A DNA stretch of 64,000 nucleotides, taken from Winogradskyella sp. GTDB lineage: Bacteria; Bacteroidota; Bacteroidia; Flavobacteriales; Flavobacteriaceae. The notes under the pieces are model-generated. The model had not been told where the DNA came from. It saw nothing but the letters and a program-made list of their open reading frames with translations, and did no database searches. Position 1 is the stretch's first letter. Each line of letters begins with the position of its first letter. Positions 1 through 10,661 of this stretch are shown piece by piece. Both the position numbers and the translations under genes were made by a program. The stretch covers positions 126-64,125 of the forward strand of contig NZ_JADGDZ010000010.1 in assembly GCF_016744625.1 (NCBI RefSeq). The letters are read 5' to 3'.

Positions 1-627
1 AAACATAAGATAAGTTCTATCGGTAATAGCAAGTGTTTCTTGTACGTTATGATCGGTAATTAAAATACCAATGTTCTTTTTAGTTAGTTTAGCAATAATA
101 CGCTGAATATCTTCTACAGCAACAGGATCTACACCTGCAAAAGGTTCATCTAATAAAATAAAATTTGGATCAGTAGCTAAAGCTCTTGCAATTTCAGTTC
201 TTCGACGTTCACCACCAGATAATAAGTCACCACGACTTTTTCTAATGTGGCCTAAACCAAATTCTTCAATAAGCGACTCCATTTTTTCGTGCTGCTCTTT
301 CTTATTCAATTTTGTAAGCTGTAATACACTAAGAATATTATCCTCAATACTCAACTTCCTAAAAACTGAAGCTTCTTGTGCTAAATAGCCAATACCATTT
401 TGAGCACGTTTGTACATTGGATATTTTGTAATATCGGTATCATCTAAATAGATATTACCTCCATTTGGTTTAATAATTCCAACAATCATATAAAAGGATG
501 TAGTTTTACCAGCTCCATTAGGACCTAGTAAGCCTACAATTTCTCCTTGGTTTACTTCCAAAGAAACATCTTTTACTACTTTTCGTCCACTGTAGGACTT
601 CATTAAATGTTCTGCTCGTAACTTCAT
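1..627 (-). CDS. lptB: LPS export ABC transporter ATP-binding protein LptB; the C-terminus runs off the window start
   Basis: Not in the ORF track. My minus-strand translation from the ATG at 627 reads [49 protein letters not shown] (Walker A). DLLSGGE (ABC signature) follows near 211-231. Confidence 0.85.
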   Translation of the reverse strand, partial: MKLRAEHLMKSYSGRKVVKDVSLEVNQGEIVGLLGPNGAGKTTSFYMIVGIIKPNGGNIYLDDTDITKYPMYKRAQNGIGYLAQEASVFRKLSIEDNILSVLQLTKLNKKEQHEKMESLIEEFGLGHIRKSRGDLLSGGERRRTEIARALATDPNFILLDEPFAGVDPVAVEDIQRIIAKLTKKNIGILITDHNVQETLAITDRTYLMF

Positions 628-714
628 AGTCTTTGTAAGAACGCTAAAAATAATAAAATCATATAGATTCGATTAGTAGTAGCATAGTTTTATTAAAAGT
701 TTAATCACTTAGGC

Positions 715-1548
715 TTAACGTTTTGCTGCTTTAGTATTTTTTTTGTTTTGTCTTTTTACAACAACAGACGAAATATAAATACTTACTTGATATAATATTA
801 ATATAGGTATAGCAACAATAACCTGACTCGCAATATCTGGTGGTGTAATTACTGCTGATAAAATCAATACAATGACCAATGCATATTTTCGATATTTTCT
901 CAAAAACGCAGGTGTTACCAATCCAACTTTAGTTAAAAAGTATATGATTATTGGTAATTCAAAAACAAAACCAGATGCGATAGCAGATGAGCGAACAATT
1001 GCAATAACAGAACTTACATCAAACTCATTAGAAATCTGCTCACTTATTTGATAGTTTGCCAAGAAATTAATCGACAATGGAGTTACAATATAGTATCCAA
1101 AAAGTACTCCTAGAAAAAATAAAAATGATGCAATAAATAAAAACCCTCTTGAGCTATTGCGTTCAGTAGATTTTAGACCAGGACTAATAAAACTCCATAA
1201 CTGATATAATACATAAGGAAAAGCAACAATGAAACCAGCGTAAATTGAAGTCCAGATATGAGCTGAGAATTGACCTGCAACCGTTCTGTTTTGAATGATA
1301 AACGGAAATTTTTCAGCACAAAATGTGGTATCTGTCATACCTAAAAATTGTGATACTTTACAAAGCCCTTTATAAGTTGGGAAACTCATATTTGTTGGAC
1401 CAAAAATAATCACATCAAAAATAAATTTATAAAAAATACCAGCTAAAGTCGCAGCAATTACAATGCCTAAAGTTGCTCTAATGAGATGCCATCTTAATTC
1501 TTCAAGATGGTCTAAGAAAGACATCTCATCAATAGTTCTGTTTGCCAT
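715..1548 (-). CDS. tatC: Twin-arginine translocase subunit TatC
   Basis: 277 aa, polytopic. The N-terminus MSFLDHLEELRWHLIRA is typical of TatC. The start overlaps the kpsF stop by 1 nt (TAATG). Confidence 0.9.
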   Translation of the reverse strand: MANRTIDEMSFLDHLEELRWHLIRATLGIVIAATLAGIFYKFIFDVIIFGPTNMSFPTYKGLCKVSQFLGMTDTTFCAEKFPFIIQNRTVAGQFSAHIWTSIYAGFIVAFPYVLYQLWSFISPGLKSTERNSSRGFLFIASFLFFLGVLFGYYIVTPLSINFLANYQISEQISNEFDVSSVIAIVRSSAIASGFVFELPIIIYFLTKVGLVTPAFLRKYRKYALVIVLILSAVITPPDIASQVIVAIPILILYQVSIYISSVVVKRQNKKNTKAAKR

Positions 1549-2513
1549 TATATGATACCTTCTTTTATTAAATCGTGAAGATGAACAACACCAACATATT
1601 TGCCATCATGTTCTACAATTAGCTGAGTAATATTAAACTCTTCCATAACTTCTTTCGCATCTACAGCCATTGCATCTTCTGCAATACGTCTCGGATTAGT
1701 ACTCATAATATCCTTAGCTTTTAAACCCGTAATATCATCACTTTTACTTAGCATTCTTCTTAAATCTCCATCAGTAATAATACCTGCAATTTTATCATTA
1801 TCAACAACTGCAGTAACACCTAACCTTTTTTCGGTAATCTCTACAATGACTTCTTTTAAACTACTTTCTAAACCTACCTGAGGTTTTTTATTTTGAGACG
1901 ATAAATCACTTACTCGCATATATAAACGCTTCCCAAGCGCACCTCCTGGATGGTATTTTGCAAAATCTTTACTAGAAAAACCACGTAATTCTAATAAGCA
2001 CACTGCTAAAGCATCTCCCATTACTAATTGAGCAGTTGTACTTGTTGTTGGTGCTAAATTATTGGGACAAGCTTCTTGTTCTACAAAAGCATTCAAAATA
2101 TAATCCGCTTGTTGACCTAAAAAGGAATCTATATTACCTGTAATAGCAATCATTTTATTTTTTGCGTTCTTAATAAGAGGCACCAAAACTTTAATTTCTG
2201 GTGTATTTCCACTTTTAGAAATACAAATAACGACATCATCTTCAAGAATTAATCCAAGGTCTCCATGGATTGCATCTGCGGCATGCATAAACACAGATGG
2301 AGTACCAGTAGAATTTAATGTGGCTACTATTTTATTAGCAATAATGGCACTTTTGCCTATACCAGTGATAATAACTCGACCTTTAGAATCGTAAATTAAT
2401 TCTACGGCTTTAGCAAAATCTTTAGTAAGTAATTCTGATAAATTTTCTATAGCTTTACTCTCTAATTTTATTGTGGTTTTTGCAGTATTTAAGATGGATT
2501 GCTTAGTGTTCAA
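1548..2513 (-). CDS. kpsF: KpsF/GutQ-family arabinose-5-phosphate isomerase (SIS domain plus tandem CBS)
   Basis: 321 aa. SIS motif ITGIGKSAIIANKI, a C-terminal CBS pair, and GGALGKRL. The start codon is TTG (plus-strand caa at 2511-2513). Confidence 0.85.
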   Translation of the reverse strand: MNTKQSILNTAKTTIKLESKAIENLSELLTKDFAKAVELIYDSKGRVIITGIGKSAIIANKIVATLNSTGTPSVFMHAADAIHGDLGLILEDDVVICISKSGNTPEIKVLVPLIKNAKNKMIAITGNIDSFLGQQADYILNAFVEQEACPNNLAPTTSTTAQLVMGDALAVCLLELRGFSSKDFAKYHPGGALGKRLYMRVSDLSSQNKKPQVGLESSLKEVIVEITEKRLGVTAVVDNDKIAGIITDGDLRRMLSKSDDITGLKAKDIMSTNPRRIAEDAMAVDAKEVMEEFNITQLIVEHDGKYVGVVHLHDLIKEGII

Positions 2514-2601
2514 AACTTATTATTTATTGAGTTTTTTAGATTTAAAGAAATTGTTATCTTTAAGCTTATTGCAAATGTATATAAAATACTAATAGGGATT
2601 A

Positions 2602-4803
2602 ATGAGTATTGCAGAAATTGACTTACACGCTTCACTAAAAAAACACTTTGGTTTTTCAGGATTTAAAGGTCTTCAAGAAGAGGTTATAGAAAACGTAGTT
2701 GCTGGTAATAACACTTTTGTTATTATGCCAACTGGAGGAGGGAAATCATTATGTTATCAGCTACCAGCTATAATAAAGGAAGGTACAGCTATTGTCGTCT
2801 CACCACTTATTGCGTTAATGAAGAATCAGGTAGATGCCATTAGAGCTGTATCTGAACACGAAGGTGTTGCACATGTTTTAAATTCATCTTTAAATAAAAC
2901 GGAAGTTAAACGCGTAAAAGATGACATTACAAATGGTATCACAAAATTGTTATATGTCGCACCAGAATCGTTAACCAAAGAAGAATATGTTGAGTTTTTA
3001 AGAACAGTCAAAATTTCATTTATGGCTGTTGATGAGGCACATTGTATTAGTGAATGGGGACACGATTTTAGACCAGAATATAGAAATCTTAAGCATATTA
3101 TTAAACGTATAGGTGATGATATTCCTATCGTTGGACTTACCGCAACGGCAACTCCAAAGGTACAGGAAGACATTTTGAAAAGTTTAGGAATGCCCAATGC
3201 TGTAACATTTAAAGATTCTTTTAACAGACCAAACTTATATTACGAAGTACGTCCAAAAACTAAAAATGTAGATGCAGATATCATTCGTTTTGTAAAACAA
3301 AATGAAGGAAAATCTGGCATTGTATATTGTTTAAGCCGTAAACGTGTAGAAGAATTGGCGCAAGTGCTTCAGGTTAATGGAGTAAAAGCGGTTCCTTATC
3401 ATGCAGGATTAGATGCTAAGACTAGAGTGAAACATCAAGATATGTTCTTAATGGAAGATACAGATGTTGTGGTAGCAACAATTGCCTTCGGAATGGGAAT
3501 TGATAAACCAGATGTGCGTTTTGTAATTCATCACGATATTCCTAAGAGTATAGAAAGTTACTACCAAGAAACTGGTAGAGCTGGGCGTGATGGAGGTGAA
3601 GGTCATTGTTTGGCATACTATGCTTATAAAGATATAGAAAAACTCGAAAAATTTATGTCTGGCAAACCTGTAGCAGAACAAGAAATTGGTCATGCTTTAC
3701 TGCAAGAAGTTGTTGCTTTTGCAGAAACTTCTGTATCTAGACGAAAGTTTATTCTTCATTATTTTGGTGAAGAATTCGATAATGCTACTGGTGAAGGAGG
3801 AGATATGGACGATAATGTTCGTCATCCTAAAAAACAAGTTGAAGCTAAAAATGAGGTAAAAACGCTTTTAGAAACTGTCGATAAAACAAATGAAAAGTAC
3901 AAATCTAAAGATTTAGTGCAGGTGCTTATTGGTAATTCTAATGCTTTAATTTCTTCACATAAAACAGATATACAGCCGTTTTTTGGAGTAGGTAAGGCTA
4001 AGGAAGCGAGGTATTGGATGGCATTAATTCGCCAAGTTCTTGTGGCTGGTTATTTAAGGAAGGATATTGAAACTTACGGTGTTTTACGATTAAGTGATAA
4101 TGGTAAAAGCTTTATGGATAAGCCACAATCTTTTTTAATGGCAGAAGACCACGTTTTTGATGAAGAATCTAACGACGGAATTATTACCAACTCAAAAGGA
4201 GGTGGAGCTGTAGCAGATGAAAAATTAATGAAGATGCTTAAGGACTTGCGTAAGCGTAATGCTAAGCGACTTGAAGTACCACCATTTGTTATTTTTCAAG
4301 ATCCTTCTCTTGAGGACATGGCTTTAAAATACCCTATTTCTATAGAGGAATTATCTAATGTACATGGAGTAGGAGAAAGTAAGGCCAAAAAATACGGAAA
4401 GGATTTTGTAGGGTTGATAGCTGATTATGTTGAAGAAAATGACATTATGCGACCAGATGATATGGTTGTAAAGTCAACAGGGACAAATTCTGCGATTAAA
4501 TTGTATATCATTCAGAATGTAGATAGAAAATTGCCATTAAGTGATATAGCATCTTCTAAAGGTATGGAAATGCCAGCCTTTATTAAGGAGATGGAATCGA
4601 TTGTTTTTTCTGGTACAAAATTAAATATCAGTTACTGGATTGATGACATACTAGATGAAGATCAGCAGGAAGAAATCCATGAGTACTTTATGGAATCTGA
4701 AAGTGATAAAATTGATGATGCTATTGAAGAGTTTGATGGAGATTACGATGATGATGAATTACGATTGTATCGTATTAAGTTTATGAGTGAAGTTGCTAAT
4801 TAG
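2602..4803 (+). CDS. recQ: ATP-dependent DNA helicase RecQ (long form with RQC/HRDC and an acidic C-terminal tail)
   Basis: 733 aa. Motifs: [62 protein letters not shown]. Confidence 0.93.
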   Translation: MSIAEIDLHASLKKHFGFSGFKGLQEEVIENVVAGNNTFVIMPTGGGKSLCYQLPAIIKEGTAIVVSPLIALMKNQVDAIRAVSEHEGVAHVLNSSLNKTEVKRVKDDITNGITKLLYVAPESLTKEEYVEFLRTVKISFMAVDEAHCISEWGHDFRPEYRNLKHIIKRIGDDIPIVGLTATATPKVQEDILKSLGMPNAVTFKDSFNRPNLYYEVRPKTKNVDADIIRFVKQNEGKSGIVYCLSRKRVEELAQVLQVNGVKAVPYHAGLDAKTRVKHQDMFLMEDTDVVVATIAFGMGIDKPDVRFVIHHDIPKSIESYYQETGRAGRDGGEGHCLAYYAYKDIEKLEKFMSGKPVAEQEIGHALLQEVVAFAETSVSRRKFILHYFGEEFDNATGEGGDMDDNVRHPKKQVEAKNEVKTLLETVDKTNEKYKSKDLVQVLIGNSNALISSHKTDIQPFFGVGKAKEARYWMALIRQVLVAGYLRKDIETYGVLRLSDNGKSFMDKPQSFLMAEDHVFDEESNDGIITNSKGGGAVADEKLMKMLKDLRKRNAKRLEVPPFVIFQDPSLEDMALKYPISIEELSNVHGVGESKAKKYGKDFVGLIADYVEENDIMRPDDMVVKSTGTNSAIKLYIIQNVDRKLPLSDIASSKGMEMPAFIKEMESIVFSGTKLNISYWIDDILDEDQQEEIHEYFMESESDKIDDAIEEFDGDYDDDELRLYRIKFMSEVAN

Positions 4804-4834
4804 TATTCAGTTTTTACCCAACTGACACTCTAAT

Positions 4835-5284
4835 TTATTCTTCCTCATCAGAAACATTATATTTAGTAAACAAAATGTCCTGCTTTTTAACTTTTATTAG
4901 AATGTTACTAAGTTTTGCATTTTCCAATTTTTGGATGTCAGTTTCTTCAATTTGAAAATCAATTTTGGTAACGTTTCTTCCTTTTATATCAGAACCTTCA
5001 GATTCAAACTCTGGCATATCAGAATTAAGTTCCAATTCAAAGTTCTCTCCTTTAAATAAAAGTAAAGCACCATCTTTTGACTTTACATGAAGTTGACCAA
5101 CTATAACAGTTTGAAAAAAGAAATAACCGCCAAGCTCATTTAGGCCTGCAAAAAGAACATTGTTGAGAGAAATTCCAAAAGGTCTGTTTTCAACATCTTC
5201 TATAATTGCTTCTATAGTATCACCAGATTGCAATTGTTCTTTAGAAGTTTTAGTACCAAAAAGTTTAGATAAAGAAAATCCCAT
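4835..5284 (-). CDS. Hypothetical protein; start moved to the internal ATG (MGFSLSKLFG...)
   Basis: ORF 4835..5329. The first 15 codons are low-complexity and lie in the region upstream of the divergent PPIase gene. No recognisable motifs. Confidence 0.5.
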   Translation of the reverse strand: MGFSLSKLFGTKTSKEQLQSGDTIEAIIEDVENRPFGISLNNVLFAGLNELGGYFFFQTVIVGQLHVKSKDGALLLFKGENFELELNSDMPEFESEGSDIKGRNVTKIDFQIEETDIQKLENAKLSNILIKVKKQDILFTKYNVSDEEE

Positions 5285-5366
5285 AATTTTAAATTTCAAC
5301 AAAACTAACTTTAATAAATCAATTCTCAAATCTTCAATCTAAATTCGTAATTCTTAAATCATTGAC

Positions 5367-5374
5367 TATCTTTG
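5367..5374 (+). promoter_or_regulatory. Bacteroidota -7 promoter box TATCTTTG (consensus TAnnTTTG)
   Basis: Exact match to TAnnTTTG, 25 nt upstream of the PPIase ATG at 5399. Confidence 0.45.
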
Positions 5375-5398
5375 CAGCCTTAAACAAAAGACAAAACA

Positions 5399-6331
5399 AT
5401 GCAAGACGGTTTATACGCAAAATTCAATACATCGAAAGGTGAAATATTAGTGAATTTAGAGTTTGAAAAGACTCCAGGAACAGTTGGTAATTTTGTGGCT
5501 TTAGCAGAAGGAAACATGGAAAATTCAGCTAAACCACAAGGAAATCCTTACTATGATGGCTTAAAATTCCATAGAGTGATTCCAGATTTTATGATACAAG
5601 GAGGTTGTCCTCAAGGAACAGGTACAGGTAATCCTGGTTATAAGTTCGATGATGAGATTCATCCAGATTTAAAGCATGATGCTCCTGGTGTATTATCTAT
5701 GGCAAATGCTGGTCCTGGTACTAATGGAAGTCAATTTTTTATAACTCACATCGCAACAGATTGGTTAGATGGTAAGCATACCGTTTTTGGCAAAGTTGTA
5801 GAAGGATTAGATATCGTTGATACTGTTGCACAAGATGATACCATCGAAAGTTTAGAAATCGTAAGAGTAGGTGATACAGCTGAGAAGTTTAATGCAATTG
5901 AAGCTTTTAGAGTATTTGAAGGATCTCGCGAAAAGCGCGTCGCAGCAGAGCGAGAAGCAGCAAGAGCTGAGCTAGATAAATTAGCTGCAGGTTTTGATGA
6001 AACTGAATCAGGTCTGCGTTACCAGATTATTCAAAAGGGTGACGGAAAGAAAGCTGAAAAGGGAAATATGGTATCAGTACATTATAAAGGTCAATTAGCA
6101 GATGGAACTGTGTTTGATTCGTCTTACAAAAGAAATTCGCCTTTAGATTTTCAAGTAGGAGTAGGACAAGTAATTCCAGGATGGGATGAAGGTATTTGTT
6201 TATTAAATGTTGGTGATAAAGCACGTTTGGTAATACCTGGTAATCTAGCTTATGGTGCTGCTGGCGCAGGAGGAGTAATTCCACCAGATGCAACATTAGT
6301 GTTTGATGTAGAATTAATGGGAATTAAATAA
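5399..6331 (+). CDS. Dual-family peptidyl-prolyl isomerase: N-terminal cyclophilin fused to C-terminal FKBP
   Basis: Cyclophilin motifs [13 protein letters not shown] and [18 protein letters not shown] charged linker follows, then the FKBP motifs [28 protein letters not shown] and LVFDVEL. Confidence 0.9.
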   Translation: MQDGLYAKFNTSKGEILVNLEFEKTPGTVGNFVALAEGNMENSAKPQGNPYYDGLKFHRVIPDFMIQGGCPQGTGTGNPGYKFDDEIHPDLKHDAPGVLSMANAGPGTNGSQFFITHIATDWLDGKHTVFGKVVEGLDIVDTVAQDDTIESLEIVRVGDTAEKFNAIEAFRVFEGSREKRVAAEREAARAELDKLAAGFDETESGLRYQIIQKGDGKKAEKGNMVSVHYKGQLADGTVFDSSYKRNSPLDFQVGVGQVIPGWDEGICLLNVGDKARLVIPGNLAYGAAGAGGVIPPDATLVFDVELMGIK

Positions 6332-6431
6332 GCAAAGAACCAATTTTGTAGAGCAAAATTGTGAGTATCGCTTATACCAAATTTATTTTGTAATCTAATC
6401 AATTTAGGCGTAACAAAATTTTAAAAGAATC

Positions 6432-6458
6432 GTCTCACTTATATAGTGAGACTTTTTT
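6432..6458 (+). terminator. Rho-independent terminator after the PPIase gene
   Basis: GTCTCACT-tatat-AGTGAGAC stem followed by TTTTTT. Confidence 0.7.
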
Positions 6459-6489
6459 GCTTATATATTAACCAATCCACCCAATCAAA

Positions 6490-7185
6490 ATGAAGACTAA
6501 ATTTTTACTACTGCTAATCGCGACATTAATATTTGGTTGCTCAAAATCTGTAGAATATTCTGAAGCGTTTAAGAAAGAAACTGAAGGAGGTTACCTTTAT
6601 AATCAAGATGACTTAATTGAAGTTTATTATGAAAATAATAAGCTCTTTTTAAATTGGAGAGGTGGAAAAATTGAGCCTGTTGCTATAGAAGAGAATGAAT
6701 TCTTTGTTGCAGATATGTATAAGAAGTTCAGGTTTGTTGAGCACCCAGAAACTAAAAAATGGTATTTATCTATAATATCTGAGGAAGATGATGGTAAGGT
6801 CACATATGATTATTTAAAGGCACCAGAGGGTTATAAAACACCGAGTCTACATTTAAAAGAAGGTAATTATGAAAAAGCTCTTGCTGGCTATTTAGAAATT
6901 AAAAAACAGGATTCTACAAGTGCATTTATAAATGAATGGGATTTTAATAGCATGGGTTATAAACATATCAGAAAAAAGGAATATGAAAAGGCAATAGGTG
7001 TTCTTAAATTAAACGCAGCTTTGCATCCTAATAGTGCTAATGTTTATGATAGTATGGCAGAAGCATACTTGTTAAATGGTGACAGTTTAGAGGCTTATAC
7101 TAATTATAAAAAGACATTAGAGTATAATTCTGGAAATAAACGAGCGAAGAATTATATCAAAGCTTTTGAAAAAACACAAAATTAA
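6490..7185 (+). CDS. Lipoprotein with a TPR-like C-terminal region
   Basis: Lipobox LIFGC at the N-terminus. The C-terminus has TPR-like helices (AIGVLKLNAALHPNSANVYDSMAEAYLLNGD). Confidence 0.65.
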   Translation: MKTKFLLLLIATLIFGCSKSVEYSEAFKKETEGGYLYNQDDLIEVYYENNKLFLNWRGGKIEPVAIEENEFFVADMYKKFRFVEHPETKKWYLSIISEEDDGKVTYDYLKAPEGYKTPSLHLKEGNYEKALAGYLEIKKQDSTSAFINEWDFNSMGYKHIRKKEYEKAIGVLKLNAALHPNSANVYDSMAEAYLLNGDSLEAYTNYKKTLEYNSGNKRAKNYIKAFEKTQN

Positions 7186-7204
7186 ATTTATAAAACACTA
7201 TTTA

Positions 7205-8035
7205 TTAGTTCTTCTTAGATCTGAACAACGCCTCAAAAGCAGTATAAACGGCTAAATGTAAAGTATCTCCATGATCTAATTCTTTAAAAAAGCTAAAATG
7301 TATGGTGGTGTTCTCTTTTTTATCTGTGTCTAAAGTTTTGTATAAATTTTCTGCATCTTTTTCCATCACTTTTCCTTCTTTGCCAACAGCGATATAAATT
7401 TTCTTTTCTGTTGTATATGCTTTTGGCTTTAGTTTTAATAGAGATTGATTGTCCCACCACAAACTAGGACTTATAATAATGTAGTTATTGAATAATTCTG
7501 GTTTTTTATAAAGTATTTCAGTTGCCAATAAGCCACCAAGGGATTGACCAATGATAGTTTTGGTGTCGTTAACATTGTAGTTTGAATTTATAAATGATTG
7601 TAATTCAGTTTCTATAAACTTGATGAATTTTTCTGAACCACCTGTTGTCGGAAATTCTGTTTTATGTTTTTTAATAGTTGTTGGAAACGTAAAATCTCGC
7701 TTTCTATCTATATTAGAAATACCTACAACTATAGTTTCTGGAATCATATTAATCCATGAAAATGAACCAAATTGTACTAATCCAGAAATATGAATAAAAT
7801 CCTCATCCATAGAACCATCTAGTAAATAAATTACAGGATAAGTCTTTGTTGAATCTGCTGTGTATTCTTGAGGTAAATAGATATTTAGAGTTCTGTTTTC
7901 ATCTAAAATTTCAGAGTGAAGTGTTACAGATTCACCTATTGTAATTGGTGTTTTTTCTATAACTTTTTCTTGTGCTTTAACTTGAGATAAAACCAATAAA
8001 ACAGTAACTGTAGTAATGATTTTTTTGAACGACAT
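7205..8035 (-). CDS. Secreted alpha/beta hydrolase (esterase family)
   Basis: Signal peptide, nucleophile elbow GQSLGG, 276 aa. Confidence 0.75.
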   Translation of the reverse strand: MSFKKIITTVTVLLVLSQVKAQEKVIEKTPITIGESVTLHSEILDENRTLNIYLPQEYTADSTKTYPVIYLLDGSMDEDFIHISGLVQFGSFSWINMIPETIVVGISNIDRKRDFTFPTTIKKHKTEFPTTGGSEKFIKFIETELQSFINSNYNVNDTKTIIGQSLGGLLATEILYKKPELFNNYIIISPSLWWDNQSLLKLKPKAYTTEKKIYIAVGKEGKVMEKDAENLYKTLDTDKKENTTIHFSFFKELDHGDTLHLAVYTAFEALFRSKKN

Positions 8036-8036
8036 A

Positions 8037-8612
8037 TTATAAGTTATTAAGAAATGTAATTAATTGTTGCACAGCTTTTCCGCGATGACCGATTGTGTTT
8101 TTTTCTTCAAGTGAAATTTCTGCAAATGTTTTATTATAATCTTCAGCTTTAAAAATGGGGTCGTAGCCAAAACCTTTTTTACCATGTTTCTCTGTTGTAA
8201 TTTCACCTTTACAAATTCCAGTAAAAGTTTTAAGTTTGCCATTAAGATATAATGCAATTACTGTTTTAAATTGGGCATTTCTATTGTCTTTATGTTCTAA
8301 CTCAGTTAGAAGTTTCGTCATGTTATCTTCAGCATTACGTTGCGGACCAGCATAACGAGCAGAAAAAACACCAGGTTCGCCATTTAACGCATTTACCTCT
8401 AGACCTGTATCATCTGCAAAACAGTCATAACCATATTTGGTTTTAATATACTCAGCTTTTTGTATGGCATTGCCTTCAATGGTTGGTTGTGTTTCAGGAA
8501 TATCTTCAATACATAAGATATCTGCCAGACTTAGCAATTTTATATGCTTAGGAACTAAAGTTTGAACTTCTTCTAGTTTATTAGGATTGTTAGTTGCGAA
8601 AACGAGTTGCAT
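8037..8612 (-). CDS. rdgB: Non-canonical purine NTP pyrophosphatase (RdgB/HAM1 family)
   Basis: MQLVFATNNPNKLEEV..., FADDTGLEV, GFGYDPIF, HRGKA. Confidence 0.9.
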   Translation of the reverse strand: MQLVFATNNPNKLEEVQTLVPKHIKLLSLADILCIEDIPETQPTIEGNAIQKAEYIKTKYGYDCFADDTGLEVNALNGEPGVFSARYAGPQRNAEDNMTKLLTELEHKDNRNAQFKTVIALYLNGKLKTFTGICKGEITTEKHGKKGFGYDPIFKAEDYNKTFAEISLEEKNTIGHRGKAVQQLITFLNNL

Positions 8613-8699
8613 GTATTCGATTTTAAATTCAAATATAAGTTAATGTTAGGAATTAGGTTTAGTCTTTATTTGTTGTAATTTTAATCACAAATCTGTTAT

Positions 8700-9773
8700 A
8701 TGTTAAACAAAATTATTTCTAAAGCACCAGCAAGAATCTGTTTATTTGGTGATCATCAAGATTATATGCAGTTGCCAATTATTGCTTGTGCTATAGATAG
8801 GTATATTACTATTGAGGCAATGCCCAACCAAAATAACACACTTCATATATTTAAACACGATTTAAATACTGAAGATATTATCAAATTAAGCGAGCCAATA
8901 GAAGTTATTGCTGAAGATTATTTGCGATTGTCACTAATAGTGTTGTCGAGATATAATTACGTACCAAACCAAGGGTATGATGTGCATATTTCAGGGAATA
9001 TTCCTATTAATTCCGGATTATCAAGTTCATCAGCTTTAACTGTAGCTTGGATTCAATTTTTAATTCGGGCTTTTAGTATAAATGAAAAAGTTTCTCCGAT
9101 GCTAATTGCGAGACTTGCTTATGAGGTTGAAGTGATAGAGCAAAACGGGTCTGGTGGTAAGATGGATCAATATACCATAAGTTTAGGTAATAGTATTTTT
9201 ATGAATACTAAGACAGATGCAATTCATACATTTCCTAATGCTTTAAATGGTATGATTATAGGTGATTCAGGTGAAGGTAAAGATACATTAGGTACACTTT
9301 CGCATTTAAAAGGTGATGCTTGGAAAGCTATAAACCAAGTAAAATCTAAATATTCAGATTTTGATATTGCGACGATAAATAGCTCAGAATTAGAGCAATT
9401 TACACCTCTTGTAAGTGAAGAATTACGACCTACTTTTGAAGCTGCTGTACTTAATTATAATATTACTAAAAACGCTGAGAAAGCATTTTTAGAATCCAAT
9501 TTAGATTATAGATATATTGGTGATTTAATGAACCAACATCATCAACTATTAAGAGATAATTTACTAATTACAACTTCAAAAATAGATGCTATGATAGATG
9601 CAGCATTAAAAGCCGGAGCATATGGCGCAAAGATTGTTGGCTCTGGTAAAGGAGGTTGTATTGTAGCCTTAACTTCCAAAGAGAAAGAATTGGATGTTAT
9701 TGATGCTATTAAAAGTGCTGGCGCAAAAGATGCCTTTTTAGTAAAAGAAAGTGGAGGAGCTCAAATTTTATAA
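8700..9773 (+). CDS. GHMP-family sugar kinase (galactokinase-like)
   Basis: ARICLFGDHQDY matches the galactokinase GEHxDY-type motif. GHMP motif II is PINSGLSSSSALTVAW and motif III is GSGKGGCIVAL. Confidence 0.8.
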   Translation: MLNKIISKAPARICLFGDHQDYMQLPIIACAIDRYITIEAMPNQNNTLHIFKHDLNTEDIIKLSEPIEVIAEDYLRLSLIVLSRYNYVPNQGYDVHISGNIPINSGLSSSSALTVAWIQFLIRAFSINEKVSPMLIARLAYEVEVIEQNGSGGKMDQYTISLGNSIFMNTKTDAIHTFPNALNGMIIGDSGEGKDTLGTLSHLKGDAWKAINQVKSKYSDFDIATINSSELEQFTPLVSEELRPTFEAAVLNYNITKNAEKAFLESNLDYRYIGDLMNQHHQLLRDNLLITTSKIDAMIDAALKAGAYGAKIVGSGKGGCIVALTSKEKELDVIDAIKSAGAKDAFLVKESGGAQIL

Positions 9774-9779
9774 AATCAA

Positions 9780-10661
9780 ATGAATAATAGATTAGTTATA
9801 CTGGCAGGAGGAGCATCATCTCGAATGAAAAAATCCATGGTTGATGCTGAATTAGATAAAAAATTAATTCAGCAAGCCAATGAGCGTTCTAAAGGATTAA
9901 TAGAGATAGGTGATTCAGGAAGAACCTTATTAGATTACCTATTGATTAATGCATATAATGCAGGTTATATAAAAGTATTCATTATTATCGGAAAGGATTC
10001 AGGTTTATTTAGAGAACGTTATAAGGATTATTCTAGATTAGAAATTCAATTTGCTACGCAATATATTCCAGACGATAGGGTAAAACCGTTAGGCACAGCA
10101 GATGCTGTTTATCAAACGATGGTGCAATTTCCAGAACTGAAAGTTGGGCGATTTTCTGTTTGTAATAGTGATAATTTATACTCGATTAATGCACTTAAAT
10201 CGTTGCGTTTTGTTTCTTCTAAAAATGCATGTATCGCATACGATAGAGATTATTTAAAGTTTCCTATTGAACGTATTTCAAAGTTTGCAGTAATGCATTT
10301 TGACAAAGATTATCAACTTATTAATATTGTAGAGAAGCCTAATCCGAGTAAGCTTTTAGACTATAAGGATGTTAATGGTAAGCTTAGAGTGAGTATGAAT
10401 ATCTTTTCCTTCGATGGAGCTTTGAGTTATTCTTTTTTTAAAGATTGCCCTTTGCATCCTATTCGAAATGAAAAGGAAATACCTTCTGTAATAGTCAATA
10501 TGCTTCAGGAGCACCCAAAAAGTATGATTGGTATTCCTTTAGAGGAACATGTACCAGATTTAACAAGTAAAGAAGATATTTTAAAAATGACTGACTATTT
10601 AAAAAATAGTAAAAAAAAAAAAAAAAATAAATTTAATTTTAGTAGAAATAAAATCACCTTT
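9780..10661 (+). CDS. Sugar-phosphate nucleotidyltransferase. No in-frame stop as sequenced, so it reads through an A17 tract into the next gene
   Basis: The N-terminal LVILAGGASSRM is the NTP-transferase G-loop. GTADAV is also present. The end coordinate is nominal, placed just before the ATG of the downstream gene. Confidence 0.65.
10611..10627. repeat. Homopolymer tract A17 at the junction of two genes
   Basis: Counted directly: 17 consecutive A, preceded by AGT and followed by TAAATTT. Confidence 0.95.

Noticed and set aside
2826-3693. Antisense ORFs 2826..3197 and 3448..3693 inside recQ
   Set aside because: They lie opposite strongly conserved helicase motifs, and their translations have no recognisable features.
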